A stretch of DNA of 64,000 bases, from contig MU619359.1 of the NCBI GenBank assembly GCA_025201805.1, positions 32,397 to 96,396 of the forward strand, written 5' to 3'. The position numbers and the translations under genes were made by a program. The stretch's first letter is position 1. The number at the start of each line of letters is the position of its first letter. Source of the stretch: Parasitella parasitica NRRL 2501. Taxonomy: Eukaryota > Fungi > Mucoromycota. The notes beneath the pieces are model-generated. The model was not told the origin of the DNA, searched no databases, and saw only the letters and a program-made list of their open reading frames with translations. This document shows, piece by piece, positions 48,904 through 62,996 of the stretch.

Positions 48904-50124
48904 TTATTTGATTTTTTGTAGTTTCTTATTAGCAAACTTTAGCTTGGTTTGGGTTCTATCTGCATCATCATCTAGTTCATCCAATATTTGATTTTGAGTC
49001 TCCAGTTCATGTCCAATTGCAATGCCCAGTTGCTTTTGTCTTGCTAAAATTGCTCCAAATTGCTGTACTTGCTGGTCTTGGTCTCCCATGATTTGATTCT
49101 GATACACCAGCAGCCCTTCGTTGTCCAAACCTCGTGTGGCCTCGGTCTCTTTAGCTATCTGCTTTTGTCTTTGTGCTGCTGCTGCTGCACCAAATGCTCT
49201 GCCATTCAGGCCCTTCGATTTCTCCCTCATTGCTTCTTTTTTTTGCGGTTGCTGTTGCTGTTGCTGTTGCTGAGTGGGGAATCCATAATTGTCGTCGTCT
49301 TCTGTGGCACCGTAGAATCCGCTTGTGTTGTCGCCTAGCAACGATTTACGGTCGCCCATGTTTTTCTGCTGGTATTGCTGCTTGTTTTGGGTATTATTCG
49401 ACTTGTGGAACAAATCTTGGTCTTGCTGTCTGCCGGTGCTTGCCAGTTTCATCAACGTATCTTTTTCATCTTTTAGCGCTGTCAACAAGTCTTGTCTTCT
49501 GCGCAACTCTCCATCAGACATGCCTCCATCTACGGCGCCGCTAGCCAGCCCTGCCAAGCCAGCATCAAGGTTGGAGAGTCGGCTCGACAAATTCATCAAA
49601 AGCTTTTTGGCTTGGACTGTGCAATTATGCGAAGCGGAAATTTCATTTCGTGCCAAATGTGTCGATTTTTTGATGATAAGAGATCGAATTTCTCGCGCAG
49701 TGTCTGCCATGGTGTTGTACTCGTCAAGCCAACTTTCTGATGTGTATGCTGTGCTTGCATCTAACGATCTGCCTGTAGGAATAGCCAGGAACTCTCGCCA
49801 AACATCGGTTAATCTCCAGCGATCATCGCGGCTACTGAGTATGCCTCGCAGATAATCTTCCAGCCCTCGACGACGCTCTTCGATTTTTTCTGGATTTGAA
49901 AAGGTGGATGGAAAGTACCGCTTGGTGGGTAGCTTTGTGGGTGTTGGTTGTTTTGGAAAAATACTGCGAAACTGTGAGTCAAGCTTGAAAAATTCAGAAT
50001 AGCGTTTCCAAACGACCCAGTTGCGAACGGCTGCATGGACCTCTACTTTGTAAATAACATGCGGTTTAGGCAAGTTTCTTGTTTCCGTTTCTCGAACAAA
50101 GATCGCTTGGATGACTTCGGACAT
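48904..50124 (-). CDS. VAM7: PX-domain Qc-SNARE, Vam7-like
   Basis: PX domain (WKRYSEFFKL..EERRRGLEDYL); C-terminal SNARE motif (DQDQQVQ..IGHELETQNQILDELD); no TM anchor. Confidence 0.88.
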   Translation of the reverse strand: MSEVIQAIFVRETETRNLPKPHVIYKVEVHAAVRNWVVWKRYSEFFKLDSQFRSIFPKQPTPTKLPTKRYFPSTFSNPEKIEERRRGLEDYLRGILSSRDDRWRLTDVWREFLAIPTGRSLDASTAYTSESWLDEYNTMADTAREIRSLIIKKSTHLARNEISASHNCTVQAKKLLMNLSSRLSNLDAGLAGLASGAVDGGMSDGELRRRQDLLTALKDEKDTLMKLASTGRQQDQDLFHKSNNTQNKQQYQQKNMGDRKSLLGDNTSGFYGATEDDDNYGFPTQQQQQQQQPQKKEAMREKSKGLNGRAFGAAAAAQRQKQIAKETEATRGLDNEGLLVYQNQIMGDQDQQVQQFGAILARQKQLGIAIGHELETQNQILDELDDDADRTQTKLKFANKKLQKIK

Positions 50125-52725
50125 GCTCCAAAACAACAAAAAAAAAAAAAGGGTTTATAGGAAAGATAAAAGAGGAAGGGATGGGAAAACAAGGGCTTTA
50201 AACCAACCCATTACAAGCCAGTTGCGTCAGAGTCAATTGTTTCATGTTATGCTCGTATTGGAACCTTTTAGGATGTTACAGAAGCACGAAATTGAACACC
50301 TCCCTTCCTCATTCAAATACTCTCCTCCTCATACGGTGCCCCATTGTCGACTCAACTCAAAAATAGAGACTCTAATCACAACAAATTCCCTTAAATAAAT
50401 CTACTATCCTAGTGTAAAACGAAGTTCGGCAAAGATCAATATACATATTCTTGTTTGTATTAAATGTGATGGACAACTTTTTAAATGATTTAGCTCCACA
50501 ACTTATTCTGCTTGCCACTTAATGTTTTTCTTTACATCTCATACCTTTTCTTTTTTATTTTTTTATTATATAGACGACTTGAGGTCCCTCATATTAATTA
50601 TTAGACCTTAAAATTAGTACACATGATAACATAATGACAAATTAAGCTTCATAATTGTGTTACTCAACGAACGTTGAAGGTATGCTTCATTTTGCTCATG
50701 TTGTAATGATCTGATACAGCAGCAGTGCAATAGCAGCAGCAGCAGCAGCAGCAGCAGCAAAAAAAAAATTCCGATCTTCGAATTTTGTATTGCTAGGTTT
50801 GGTTATTGGACATTTTTTCGTCAATAACTCTAAAACTTGCTAAAAAAAATCTATTATGGGTTCAAGTAGGTTCGTGCATTGTTTAATTTTGCATGTAGTG
50901 GTATATATTGCAGCAAAGTTCATATCAAGAACCTTGAATAACCTGCGATTGAACCAAAAAGCCAAAGTTTTGCATAATCCAATACCTAAACTGGTAATTC
51001 AATGTCAAAAATTGAAGTCATGTGGAATGTTTTCGATTAATACATACCATAGAGCAAAAAAAAAAAAAAAAAAGAAACTTCATTTTTGAGGTCAAACTTG
51101 ACAAATTGTGCATTCCGTCAATTTTTCCTTGAGGCGGGCGCTATTGGGAAGTTGAAGTCTATTGAAGTCATTGAAAGATCTATATAAATTGGCTGTGTTA
51201 TAAGAGAGACAAGGATTATAGCTGGTTGTGTATTTCTACTTCGTCATGGATTTGAAGTAGTTCATTTTTAATTTTTTTTTTGACCACATCAAGCCATTTG
51301 AAGGGTACCGAGTGAAAGATCACTCTCATATGGGCCCTCCAGATGTAACCCAGCGTAACCAGAATTATCATGGGTGCGGTAGTGTGTTTTTTGGACACAT
51401 CTGTATATCCGTAAAGTCTAGCCTTATTGACCCTCATGAAAAATCGTTGAAACTCGATGGTTTTTCACCTAATTTTCGGTCGGAAATGCATCAGGTAGCA
51501 AATGTGAACTATAGGAAACCATTTGGTGCGATACTAAGCGCTTGAATCGGTTAAAAACGGTGTAAATTCTATCAAAAGAAGTAGACTGATGATAAAAACT
51601 GAGTATTTCACATGCTGGTGGATGTCTTTCTTCTTTCTTTCGTTCAATCAGTTCTTTGGAGAATTCTACTGACCTAATACTCTTAAGAAAACGCTCAGTA
51701 GTTATTTTCATCGCTTGCGAGTGCAATGATACTTTCTTAATAAACAGTAATTACGGTATATTAGTGAAATTCAAGTTATGAGAGATGTTTCTACTAGGAT
51801 TTGCTACGCATTTTCTGTTTGCATGGCTTTGTACCTAAACATGTTATTATCATGAGACAGCGCAGACACATTTAAACTATTTTTATATACAGGACGGAAG
51901 CAAAGTATCAAGAGACATGTCATTATGCGACAGATTAATGACCACATGGAAAAGAAACAATGTCTTGGATGCTTGAATGTTTATGATGGTGATGTGTTCA
52001 AAATTCTAAATGGAGTACATGATTCAAAAGGTATGACTCATCTTGGCATGAGAAAATCGAAAAAAAGGAAACAAAAGATGATACGTGATTTAAAATAATT
52101 GGGTACACAACCAGATGAGCAATGTATGTATTGGTAGCATTTAAATAAGGGGTGAATTGTTTGATATCTGTCTTTATTTAGGGAGACATCAGGAAGCAGC
52201 ATGTTCTGGAATTAACTGTTGAATGTATATTTCTTATCTCCATAAACTCCCCCTCCCCTCCTCCTTTATACGGCTATTTTTTCACAATTCCTTTGTTTTA
52301 CAAAGGAAGAAAAATCTCGTCCAGTTTTGTGGTTATCCAAGGATATTTGGATAAATGCGCTAAATTATCTTTGTGTATTGAGAGATACATTTAGTAAGCA
52401 CTCTTGTTTATACTAACAAAAGTCGGTTTCAAAAACAAACACACTACATCCTACATATGAAAAAAAATAAAAAAGCAAAAAGGAAAGGAAAAAGGGAAGG
52501 ATTTCATTATCCTTTTTATAAAACTGAAATAAGAGGGGGAAAAGATAGGGAGAGCAAGCACCTATTAAATAGGGGTTAGAAGAACAAAACGAGATGCACC
52601 TGATTTCGGATGTTTTCAGTTCAATTTCCGAGTTATTAAGCCACCTTTGCCAAAAAACTATAAATACTCGCTATTTATTTTCATAATAGCGAAAAAATTT
52701 ACTTTTTACTCTTTTTTTCATCAAC

Positions 52726-54023
52726 ATGTCTGGCTTCAACATTGCAACTCCTTCTATGACAACACCTGCTACCATGCAGACGCCCTCTATGCAAACACCA
52801 TCCATCCCTACCCCTCACCACAATTCGACTCCATTTGCACTACCATCAACTCCTGCGCCGTTGGATGCTGCCACACCCAGCAGAGATGCCAACCCATACT
52901 CAGTGGCGGGTATCACACCCACATTACAGTAAGTGTGTTTTTTTTTTTTTATTATTATTTTTATATCGCTGTTTTTTATTTTTCCAAGTACACAACCGTT
53001 ACATCGAATGTATACTCTGTTATATATTGCATTCCATTTTTTCTGTATCTCTCTCTTTACCTACCAATTCGAAATTATCAATAAACAAACGACCCAAAAA
53101 TATCTAATAATCTCAACATTGGAATACACAAACGTGCAGCCATAACCCTATGTATCTCTCAATGTTTTACCTTTTGTTCTTTTTAAAAAATATTGTGTTT
53201 GTATTTTGTTACCCTCAGCATTCAATTGTGCAGTGATTCATGTCATGATGTTCAAGTGTGTGGATTTTGGATTTTGGATCGGTAAAGAGAGAGATCAGCT
53301 GTACAATGGAAGGATAAAATGAATGGATGGGTGTAATCCGCTGCCGTACATTTATTAATTTTTTTCTTCCTTTCTTTTCTAGAAACATTGTTGCTACTGT
53401 CAATTTGGATTGTCGTCTGGACCTCAAGACAATTGCGCTCCATGCTCGTAATGCTGAATACAATCCAAAGGTAAATATTTACACTTCCACCACCATGGGG
53501 TGTTGATGAGCGCAATTCTGAACTGTTGTGTAGCGTTTCGCAGCTGTTATTATGCGTATTCGTGATCCCAAAACTACTGCCTTGATCTTTGCTTCTGGTA
53601 AGATGGTCGTTACAGGCGCCAAATCCGAAGATGATTCGAAATTGGCTGCTCGCAAATACGCTCGTATTATCCAGAAGCTGGGATTCCAAGCAAAGTTCAC
53701 TGATTTTAAAATTCAAAACATTGTTGGCTCTTGTGATGTTAAATTTCCCATTCGTTTGGAAGGTTTAGCTTACTCTCATGGTCACTTTAGTTCTGTAAGT
53801 ATTATCGCTGTTTCTTCTTCTTTCCTTTTTTCATATACTCATCTTGTGACAGTATGAACCTGAGTTGTTTCCTGGTCTCATTTATCGTATGGTGAAGCCC
53901 AAGATTGTTTTACTGATCTTTGTATCTGGTAAAATCGTCTTGACTGGTGCTAAAGTACGAGAAGAGATCTACCAGGCTTTCCAAGCTATATATCCTGTAC
54001 TTACCGAGTTTAGAAAGCCTTAA
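52726..54023 (+). CDS. TBP: TATA-box binding protein
   Basis: PTLQ|[15 protein letters not shown]|[36 protein letters not shown]; introns 52929-53382, ~53471-53533, ~53796-53852. Confidence 0.98.
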
Positions 54024-54492
54024 TGTTATAAAGAAAAAAATTATAAAATTATTACATGTAAAAATAGTTAATCCAACAAAGTATTGTATCATATATCCCC
54101 TTCCACACACTTTTATTTTTCCTTGCAAAAAAAAAATTCAAACTACATTAGTAAAAAAAAAAAAAAAAAATAAAGATTGCACACTTTAAAACACATTTTT
54201 CTAGTAGTTTGATCCGTAAAAAAAAAAAGTAAATTTGAACAAAATCTCCAAATTTGGGTCTTTTTGGTGCGCATATCTTTAAAATCTTCCTGAATCCAAT
54301 GAAAAAATTTTTTTTGACGGTATCATATCCAATAAGTGGATGTTTGAGAACGCGCAATATTGTTGGTACATAAAAGATTAAAAACAAACAGATGATTTAC
54401 TGTTCTTCCCTCTTCTTCTTTCCACAAAAATCTTTTTTTTTTCTTTTACTCTTTTTTTTTTTTTTAATTGAAAAAAAAAACCGTGTGCTGTA

Positions 54493-55682
54493 ATGAGTGA
54501 TGCTATTACAATTCACTCTTCTCCTGTCGTTCAGGATGAAGTTGTAACAAAAAAGAGCTGGAAAAACTATTTTGCGTTCATCAAGGATCGCAAATTTTGG
54601 AAAGTTTTACTCTTGGGTCAATGTAAGCAAATATGCATTTGGGTGTATTGGATCTAATTGTAAGTTTAGTACTCTCATTGTGCATTACTGGCACGAATGT
54701 TGTCACTACCATCCTGAGTACTCAGTACAATTTTGCTGCACCTACCACACAAACATTTCTGGTATATGCTTGTTTAGCAATTGTGTACAATTCTTATGCG
54801 CTGTACAAAAGAGGTTTGAAGGGTTGGCTGTTGCAGTTTTGGAGAAGAGGCATCTATTATTTTGTCTTGGGCTTTATCGATGTGGAAGGCAACTATTTTG
54901 TGGTGAAATCTTACCAATACACCTCCCTCTTATCTGCTATGTTGCTCGACTGCTGGAGCACTCCTGTCTGTATGATTTTGTCCTACTTTCTCCTGAAAGT
55001 TAGATATCGCTGGGTCCAATATCTCGGAGTATTCATTGCCCTTTGTGGTCTAGGTATGTTGGTTGGAAGCGATGTATTGACGGACAAGAACTATGGTGCT
55101 ACAGATGCCGTGAAAGGAGATCTCTTTTGTATTCTGGGTGCAACCTTGTATGGTTTCTCCAACGTAGGCGAAGAACTTATGGCTCGCAAACATCCGTTGT
55201 ATGAAGTCATTGGCATGTTTACTTTCTTTGCTACCTTCATCAACTTGGTGCAAATATTCATATTCGAGCGTTCCGAATGGGCCAACTTTGCAGACACCAA
55301 GATATCTGGTATGGTTGTCACTTATACTATTTGCATGTTTGTCCTCTATTCCCTTGCTCCTGTCATGTTCCGCCTAGGTAGTGCTGTGCTCTACAATCTT
55401 TCTATCTTGACCAGTGATTTTTATGGCTTGATCTTTGGCCTGGGTCTCTTTGGCTACTCTGTCACTATCATGTACCCATTTGCCTATGTTGTTATCATCA
55501 TTGGTATTGGCATTTACCATATCTTCCCTGCTCCTTTACCTGGTATCGGCAACTTTACTGACGAAATTGCTGAAAAAGAATTGAGAGAGCTGCATGGCAT
55601 TCCTCAGGACGACGTTGAACGTCAACACACCAATGCCACTGATGAGGTTATTCCTACTTTGACAACTGAAGCCAAAAATTAG
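54493..55682 (+). CDS. SLC35F1/F2-family (DUF914) DMT transporter
   Basis: LLLGQ|LLSLCITGT, PTTQTFLVY, DVEGNYFVVKSYQYT, GDLFCILGATLYGFSNVGEE, NLSILTSDFY. Confidence 0.9.
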
Positions 55683-56060
55683 TTTTTATAGTTTATACGT
55701 TTAGGGAACTGTCGTTTTTATTTCTTTGATTATTATTATTTTGTAAGAATTATAATGGTGCTGCCCTTCTTCACGTCTTTTGCACACTGTAAATAAAAAG
55801 ACGTTTCCTAACCTTTACAATTGAACCCACCGCTACCGTTTTAAAGCACGTTGATACGGGTAGTGTAGTAACAAATGAAAAAAGCCTTAAAAACAACATC
55901 AAATCGTCCAAAAATAACACAAGAGTAATACCAAACAAAACGCTAAAGTCCAGCGAATCTTTTAATACCACACTTATGCTTGCTACATCAAGTTTTTGCT
56001 CTTTCTTGATTCGACTTGTGCGCAGGTCGGTAAGTTTTCGGGTTTTTTGGGAAACTTAAT

Positions 56061-56082
56061 TTTCAAAATCGGAGCGTGCATT
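56061..56082 (+). repeat. 22-bp motif identical to 39968-39989
   Basis: Exact match seen. Confidence 0.6.
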
Positions 56083-56401
56083 TGCTAGACCTGTTACAAA
56101 AATACAAATACCACCGTAAGAAAAGCAAAGAGTTATAGAATTGGTCTCTTCAATTTCATTTGTTTCGCGGTTATATTGAAGCAGTTTTAGCTGCTCAAAG
56201 TTGAGCTCTATGTTCCAAAAACGCGTCTTCAAAGCTACAATACGAACATGAGAGAAGATGATTTGAAACCCCGTATTTAGTCTAAAATCAGCCTCTTCAG
56301 CATATTTTGGTATATAACAAAGACCTTTATTGCTTGTGTGTGTGTGTGTGGGGGGGGGGGGGAGAAGTAACACCTGTAAACAAATCGAAGAGGGGTTTTT
56401 A

Positions 56402-59044
56402 TTAACCGCCTTTTGTCACCTGCATCAATAGCCTAATTCTTGCGCAAATCTCACCTTAAAAATATAAATATGTAAATAATTAAAACGAAAACTCAAAACC
56501 CGATCCTACGTACTTGCTTCTTTTGCACTCTCTGCTTCCAAATCATATGCTTTAACGTCTCTTTCTTTGAGGACCATGATTTTAAAGTTTGTAGGCACTT
56601 TCTTACTCTGCTTGCATGATCGCACAGCGCTTGCATGAAAAGACGTCTATTGCAGAACTGGTGTTGAAAAGGCGTACTCTCTTTCGGTAATTTCTGATTT
56701 AACTTACTGTTTTGACCGAGTCAAACATGCCTTTGTGCTCTGGGGGCATCAGATGAATGTAATCGCCGTCAATTGCCAAAATGTAGACCTTTTTGCTGAC
56801 AAACATGGGCATCTTTCTGCTCACATTGTACTTTTTATATTGCGAGAATAAGCCTTCATTGGCATTTGTTGCTGAAGGTCCGACTGTTGGGCTTTCAGTT
56901 GTAGAAAAGTACATGGGATGGTTTACTTCGTCCTTTTTTCGTTTGATGGGTGATCTCCAAAGATGCGTGGCTACAGAAAAAGAAAGGCAGTCAGTATATC
57001 ACCCGCCAATATTGGCTCACAAAGCAATGACGTACAGCTGGGTATAGACAATGCGGTGCTCTTCTTTGTAAATGTTAAATCCGTAATGCCCTTCAAACTC
57101 TCCACTGTTGTGTCATTTTGCACTATAATGTTGGTATCGGCAATGGTAAACATGTACTGATTAGGATCCAACTTTCTCTTCCTCGACACAAGTTCCAAAA
57201 CATCACCGATAAACATGTCTGCATACACAGGGATCGACGTCGTAGCCGATACTTCTTCGCTGGTCATCAATTTGATGCGGAAATCCTTGAGCGGTTTCAT
57301 TGGCATTGTAGCTTTTGTTAGTGTTGCCTTAGAAGATGGCACAGGGACGGCAACAGTAGAGGCATCTGGCTCTGGATGTTGCTGCTGTGTCATCAGGTGG
57401 GTTGCATATGTCTGTGCTATGGTTTCGTCAGGCGTCATATTGGCATAAGGAGGTGACATTTCAAAATGAACAGCATCATTGTTATCGGCAGATTGGGCTT
57501 GATTCTCCTCTGGGTTATTGTACTGGTGCAGCTGCGTATTTTTAGTGGATGCGGAAGGCGACACCATGGCAGCTTTCTTCCTTTTAAGGGTCTCAATATC
57601 AGGTTTACTGCGGCCCATTTTGGCACGGTCAATGTCATTCTGTTTTGCCTGTGATGTTGTTGCACGGCAAAGGGCGAATTGGTCAAAAGACACACGCCCA
57701 ATGTTACGAGTACGGTCGATTGCTGGCAAGTCATCCTCGATTTCTCCATCGTCTTCGGCGATCAACAAAACCCATTCCGCCAAATCATAGGCTGCTTCGT
57801 CTAATTCAGGTTCGCGCTTTTGCTCTACATAATCATACAGTATATATCCAATGACATCGTCTGTGATAGCATCAGGCCGCACCACCAAATAAACAGGTTT
57901 GTAAGGTTGATTGGACGTGGGCAGGTAAACACACAGCTTGATAGACTTGGATTCGCCCTTTCCAGAAACAGAAGAGTATTCAGCAAATGGGTTTTCGGCT
58001 GCTGAAGCCTTTTCGGCAATCATTGCCGAAAGCGCAGAGGCTTTGGTTCTTTGTAGACTCGTTAGATTTTTTTTGGTATATTCAAGAGGGGAGGGTGGAG
58101 GGATATTTGCTGCGACGAGGGTCTTTGTTGAGTTGGAAGCCAAGGGGGCTCCACCGCTCAGTGCTGTTACTTCGACATCAGTAACAGTGTGCGGGGTTAA
58201 AGCTGTAAATGCAGGGTGAGGATTGTCGTCTATAGAAGACCGTGGAGAGGGATCAATAGCTGAATCAACAGAAGGATGCAGTAATGTATTTGGAAATGAT
58301 CTCTGTGCTGCTGTATTCGTCGAGGGTCCAGCATAAGGAGACGATGCGTTTTTTGTCGCTGATCTTGCTATTCCAGTTACCAGTGGACCACCAGCAGCAG
58401 CCACTGGTGACATTAAATTGTAAACTGCAGGTTTCCTAGACAAAATTTAATCAATCAAACTGTTGCACAATAAACCTAAAACTGCAAAACAGTTACCCCG
58501 AGTTTGATAAGAGTGTTTGTTTATCGACTTCAACATCATCTTCCTCGCTATCTGTAGTAGATTCTTGTGCCCTGCCACTCATGGTTTGACCTGCAGCCAT
58601 GGCAACATCAGCATCAGCACCAGCACCAGCACTAGCACCAGCACTAGTACCAGTACCAGTACCAGTACCAGTACCAGTGCCAGCACCAGCACCAGCACTA
58701 ACGCCCACTCCTCCTCCGCCTGCACCACCAGCAGCCATATATTGATTGTATCGCATATTAGGAATATTCGTCACTGGTTTTCGCTGTCGATAATTTCGTT
58801 TTGTCGTACGTGGACTACTTGTAATGTTGGTCGCAGTTACATGACCCTCGTTATTGAGAAATGTATCGTACACTGGAGAATAACAATATTGCATTTCAGG
58901 ATATCCAGGTGCTGCTAGACGAACATAATCATCAGACATGACTGTAGGTGGGAAAGAGATGATTCGTTCACCACGCTCGTCCATTCTCAGAAACTTTATA
59001 CGACTGATGTGAATTAAATACAGTGGATCATTTATCAGTGACAT
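56402..59044 (-). CDS. SIN1: TORC2 subunit Sin1/Avo1 (CRIM, RBD, PH domains)
   Basis: MSLINDPLYLI, SALSAMI..NPF, IGYIL..IAEDDGEIEDDLPAIDR, YKKYNVSRKMPM..LAIDGDYIHLMP, VKAYDLEA. Confidence 0.92.
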
Positions 59045-61499
59045 GACAATATGTATATGTACAAATGGTTAAAAGTGATAATTATGCGTTACAATCTGGA
59101 GTGCAAAGAGGGGGAAAAAGAATGATGGTCTATGAATTGTTGTTTAAGAGAGGAGTGATGAAGGCAGCACAAAAGTCACACCTAATTTCAAAGGAGCATG
59201 CCTGTGGAAGCAACCACCACGATCTCAGTTGTTTCTATTCTACTAGCGTATTTTAGAGAATTAACACACCATTAATAAAGACTCTTTATCCAACTAATTT
59301 TATCGTTAGTCGATGTTTCTCTATCGAGCATCATAAATAGAACGATGTCGTATGGCATCCCTTTTTCTTACTCAGTATATATTTTCAAATTTGGTTGTTG
59401 GTACGTAATAATAATGGCTATAAATATCATAAATGAATATCAAAGAGCAACCTTAAGAATTTGATTTGCCGTGCAAAGTATCAAATTTGCCATATAAAAT
59501 ATGTATACTTTTAGCTGGGCACATGTCGAAAAGGAGCGGCATACTAATTCCTGCTATCAAAACTAGTATTAAGATAAACATCAAAGTGGCTGTTATTTAT
59601 CTTGAGCTTTAAGGCTACCTTTTGACACACAGAGTAATAATCAATTTGTATATGTATGAGTCCATGAATTCCAATTGATGAATTTGACAATTTTGAAAAT
59701 GTTTGGTTCCCAAATGCGAGTAGATTTCATCAGATTTAATCTTCATATAAATTTTCGTAGTTTTTACGTGAATTCGATAATATTTCAACCAACATGTATA
59801 TACTTCTTGAAGTTGTGGATTGTGTGACAGGTATGAACATAGTTAGCAGTAATAATTTAATTAGGATTCTTCGTTTTACAGTAATGTGGAATAAACTTAA
59901 GATCTTACTGATTTAGCATTGTTTGGGCATTGTATTTGTTGTATCCGTCGTATGCCATGGCTACCGCCGTTGTTTCATGGTAATCGTTGCTGATCGGACC
60001 CAAGGTTAAATGTCATCAACCATTCTATACAGTAAATAGAAGTAATCAATAGAATGTCTTCTATAATCTAAACTGAGAAGCTAAGCTTATCGATGGATGA
60101 TTCACATTCATAATGTTTAGCTGATCAAATGAGGATAGGCTCGGCTCTGACTACTACTGTGTTAAAACCTTGTTTGACAAATGAATATCAAACATGATCT
60201 GATTGTATTCATAGATTGTTTCATGTAGATTAATTCTTGCTTCTTATCAATCAGTAAAATTATTAGTTTTGCATCTGGGCATCTTTACCCGTTTGTCATT
60301 TTTTTTTTATTGCGTCAGTTTTTTACCTGTGCTTTACCTAATCATTTTCGTTATTCTCTTCTTTTTTGCCCTTTATCCCTCTTTTATATCCCTTGCTATG
60401 TCGACCATCACAAAAGGAGGAGCGTTTTGTATGTTTTTTTACAAACTATATAATTAAAAAATGCAATCAGCTTAAGGTCCTTGAGAAGGAAAACTTAGAG
60501 ATATGCTACACAGACGACCTAAATAAACCCGTATTGGTGCTGCCAAAATACATCCATAAAAATACGCTAGAACCGACAGTGTCATTGTAGGCCTTTTTTT
60601 TCGAAAAAAAAAAAAAACAAACTTTTTCTCAAAATTTTGTGTAGTAAGGTGTACCAAATTAGATTGTCGCTCAACACCATATTGTGGAATCGGTATAAAT
60701 TGTTATATGGATTCACGGAAAAAAATTAAGTAAAAAAACAATAAATATCAACTTTAAAAGTATAGGTTTTATTATCAAATCGACAGGTGTATTCATTTAC
60801 TGGACAGTTAGATAAGCCTTTACATACTTAAGTTATGGATAAACGTTCTACTCTCGCAATTTAACATGTACGATGATTCTGATTAATTAGCATCTTAGCT
60901 TTGTGCTAACCAACATTTCAGCAGACTAAAGATAACTCTTATCTATCTGAGTAAGTAGATGGAGTTTACCCGAGGTATCCTGATCAATCTTCTATATGAA
61001 GATTATTAATATCGATCCATAAGCGTATATCATCTCTAGTATAGTCTTATTCAGTCTATATTAACTGTACATGTCTGAGTTTATATCACTTGGTATTCAT
61101 CTTAATATATATCGGTAGATGTAGCATGTCTATAGCATTGCAGATATTGTAGGTTTGTTTAGTACATAATGTATCTGTAGCTAGTATCATGGATATAACT
61201 ATATGCCTTGTAGTGCGTATCTAGAAACTGAGAATACACGCATCTGAAGCATAGATCTTATGTGGCTTAAGCTCGTAGCATATACTAAATCTAGTAAATG
61301 TCTAAGGCTCGTGTCGAGATATAAGTATCGGTCTATAGCGTCATCCATCCTAATGGAGCCATCTCTAGCCTATATCTTATATAGTGTAAAAAATTTGTAT
61401 TCTACTTCTTATTATCTGTGCGCATATGTAGTCTATATCAATTTAAGGTAACTGGATGAATCTAAAAGTGGAATGCATATCATCATAGTGAATGTAGTT

Positions 61500-62445
61500 C
61501 ACAGATATCAAAATGAAAACATGGATACCAATGTTGTTGTAGCCAAATATAGTGACAAGTCAAGGCGAAGTTTTCCAAGTTATATCGCAGTTCTACGGTC
61601 ATTTCAGCAAAACAGTTATGCGCAAATACCCGATACTTATGATATAATATGTTGAAATATAAAAGTGCTGTTGCAGATTACTTTTGATAGAAACTGTTAT
61701 ATCAATAACATGGCAAGGTCTCACATCAGGATCTCAGATCAGTTCCAGCAGGGTTTTACAGTAAATCATGGGTAGTCATGATTTACATTATGCAGCTAGA
61801 CAGTAGAACCCTAGTGTAATGAATGTGTATATAATACATCGAGAGATGTATTATGAATAAAAGTGTAATTCTTTAGCAGATTTATTTTATCAGACTTTTG
61901 ACATAACAGAAACATCGCCCAGTGGACACTAGGTTATGCAATGTTTATTTTGCTAGCCTATCATCGATCATAAGCAATTCTGAAATGATAATTTGTAATA
62001 TCATATAATAACTTTATAGATATCAATAAAAACATGGAAACTAATGTCGTGCCAGATAGCGCTAAGTCAACGCTAAGTTTTCCAACTTAGGTCTCGGTTC
62101 CATGATCATTTTAGCACAAGTTCTGAGCAATTATCTGATAGTTACAATAAATATTGAAAAATAGAACTCTTTTAGCCAATAACTTTTGATAGAGGCACTG
62201 CCCAGTGGAACCCAAGTTATGCTCATATAGCAATGATTATGCCTGATTTGATGGCCTATAAGACAGGCTCTGATTTGCTACTTATTGAAGGCTATATTGT
62301 CGATTATTTGCAATTCTGATATATAAGTTTGTGATATCATCTGCTAACTTATAGATATCCATAAAAACATGGATCCCAATGTTGTTTCCAGATAACGCCA
62401 AGTTGATGCTAAATTTTCCAAGTTAGATCTCGGTTCTACTGTCAT
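61500..62445. repeat. Old tandem-type repeat, three diverged copies of a ~100-nt core
   Basis: gatatc..aaaacatgga..aatgt..cca.ata..aagt..aa.ttttccaa.tta..tc.c.gttc at ~61503, ~62019 and ~62354; acttttga..cccagtgga..gttatgc at ~61894 and ~62182. Confidence 0.75.
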
Positions 62446-62996
62446 AATCAAGCGCTGCTTACTGCTTTCCCATGAAGCTTAATTTAATAATCAAGATCAA
62501 GTTATTAAATTAGTAACTTGAATTCACTATATTTTACTTTACTATAAATAAGATGAAGTTCAAGGAGCTAACCAGAACTTCACTTACATTTTTTAACTTT
62601 AATAAACCAAGAAGAGTTATAATTGTATTTTTCCAAGCTTTTTTGAATTTTTATAGCACACCTGTCGATTTGATAATAAAACCTATACCTTTATCAAGTT
62701 GCACCATGGTTAACTTCAGTGCTATTTTTTTTCACATTTATCATCAGTTCTAATGACCAGTGATTAGGTGTATTACTGAATGACTGGTGATAAATACGAT
62801 AATCGCTTGTGATTAGCATTAAGCAGCTTTGATAAATCAATCACTGGTAAAACATCAGTGATTTTGCCTATATATCAATCACTACTGATTTATCAGAATG
62901 AGAAATTATTCAAATAAAACGGTTGTGAATTAATCAGGTAAAGATCTCGTTTATTACACGGAAAAAATGATGGTTTATATACTAGTGAATCTAAGT

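Noticed and set aside
50760-51730. MITE-like texture and short ORFs between VAM7 and TBP
   Set aside because: No terminal inverted repeats, TSD or second copy could be identified by eye.
53230-53340. Box C/D snoRNA in the TBP intron (ATGATG)
   Set aside because: Imperfect C box and no downstream CTGA D box or terminal stem.
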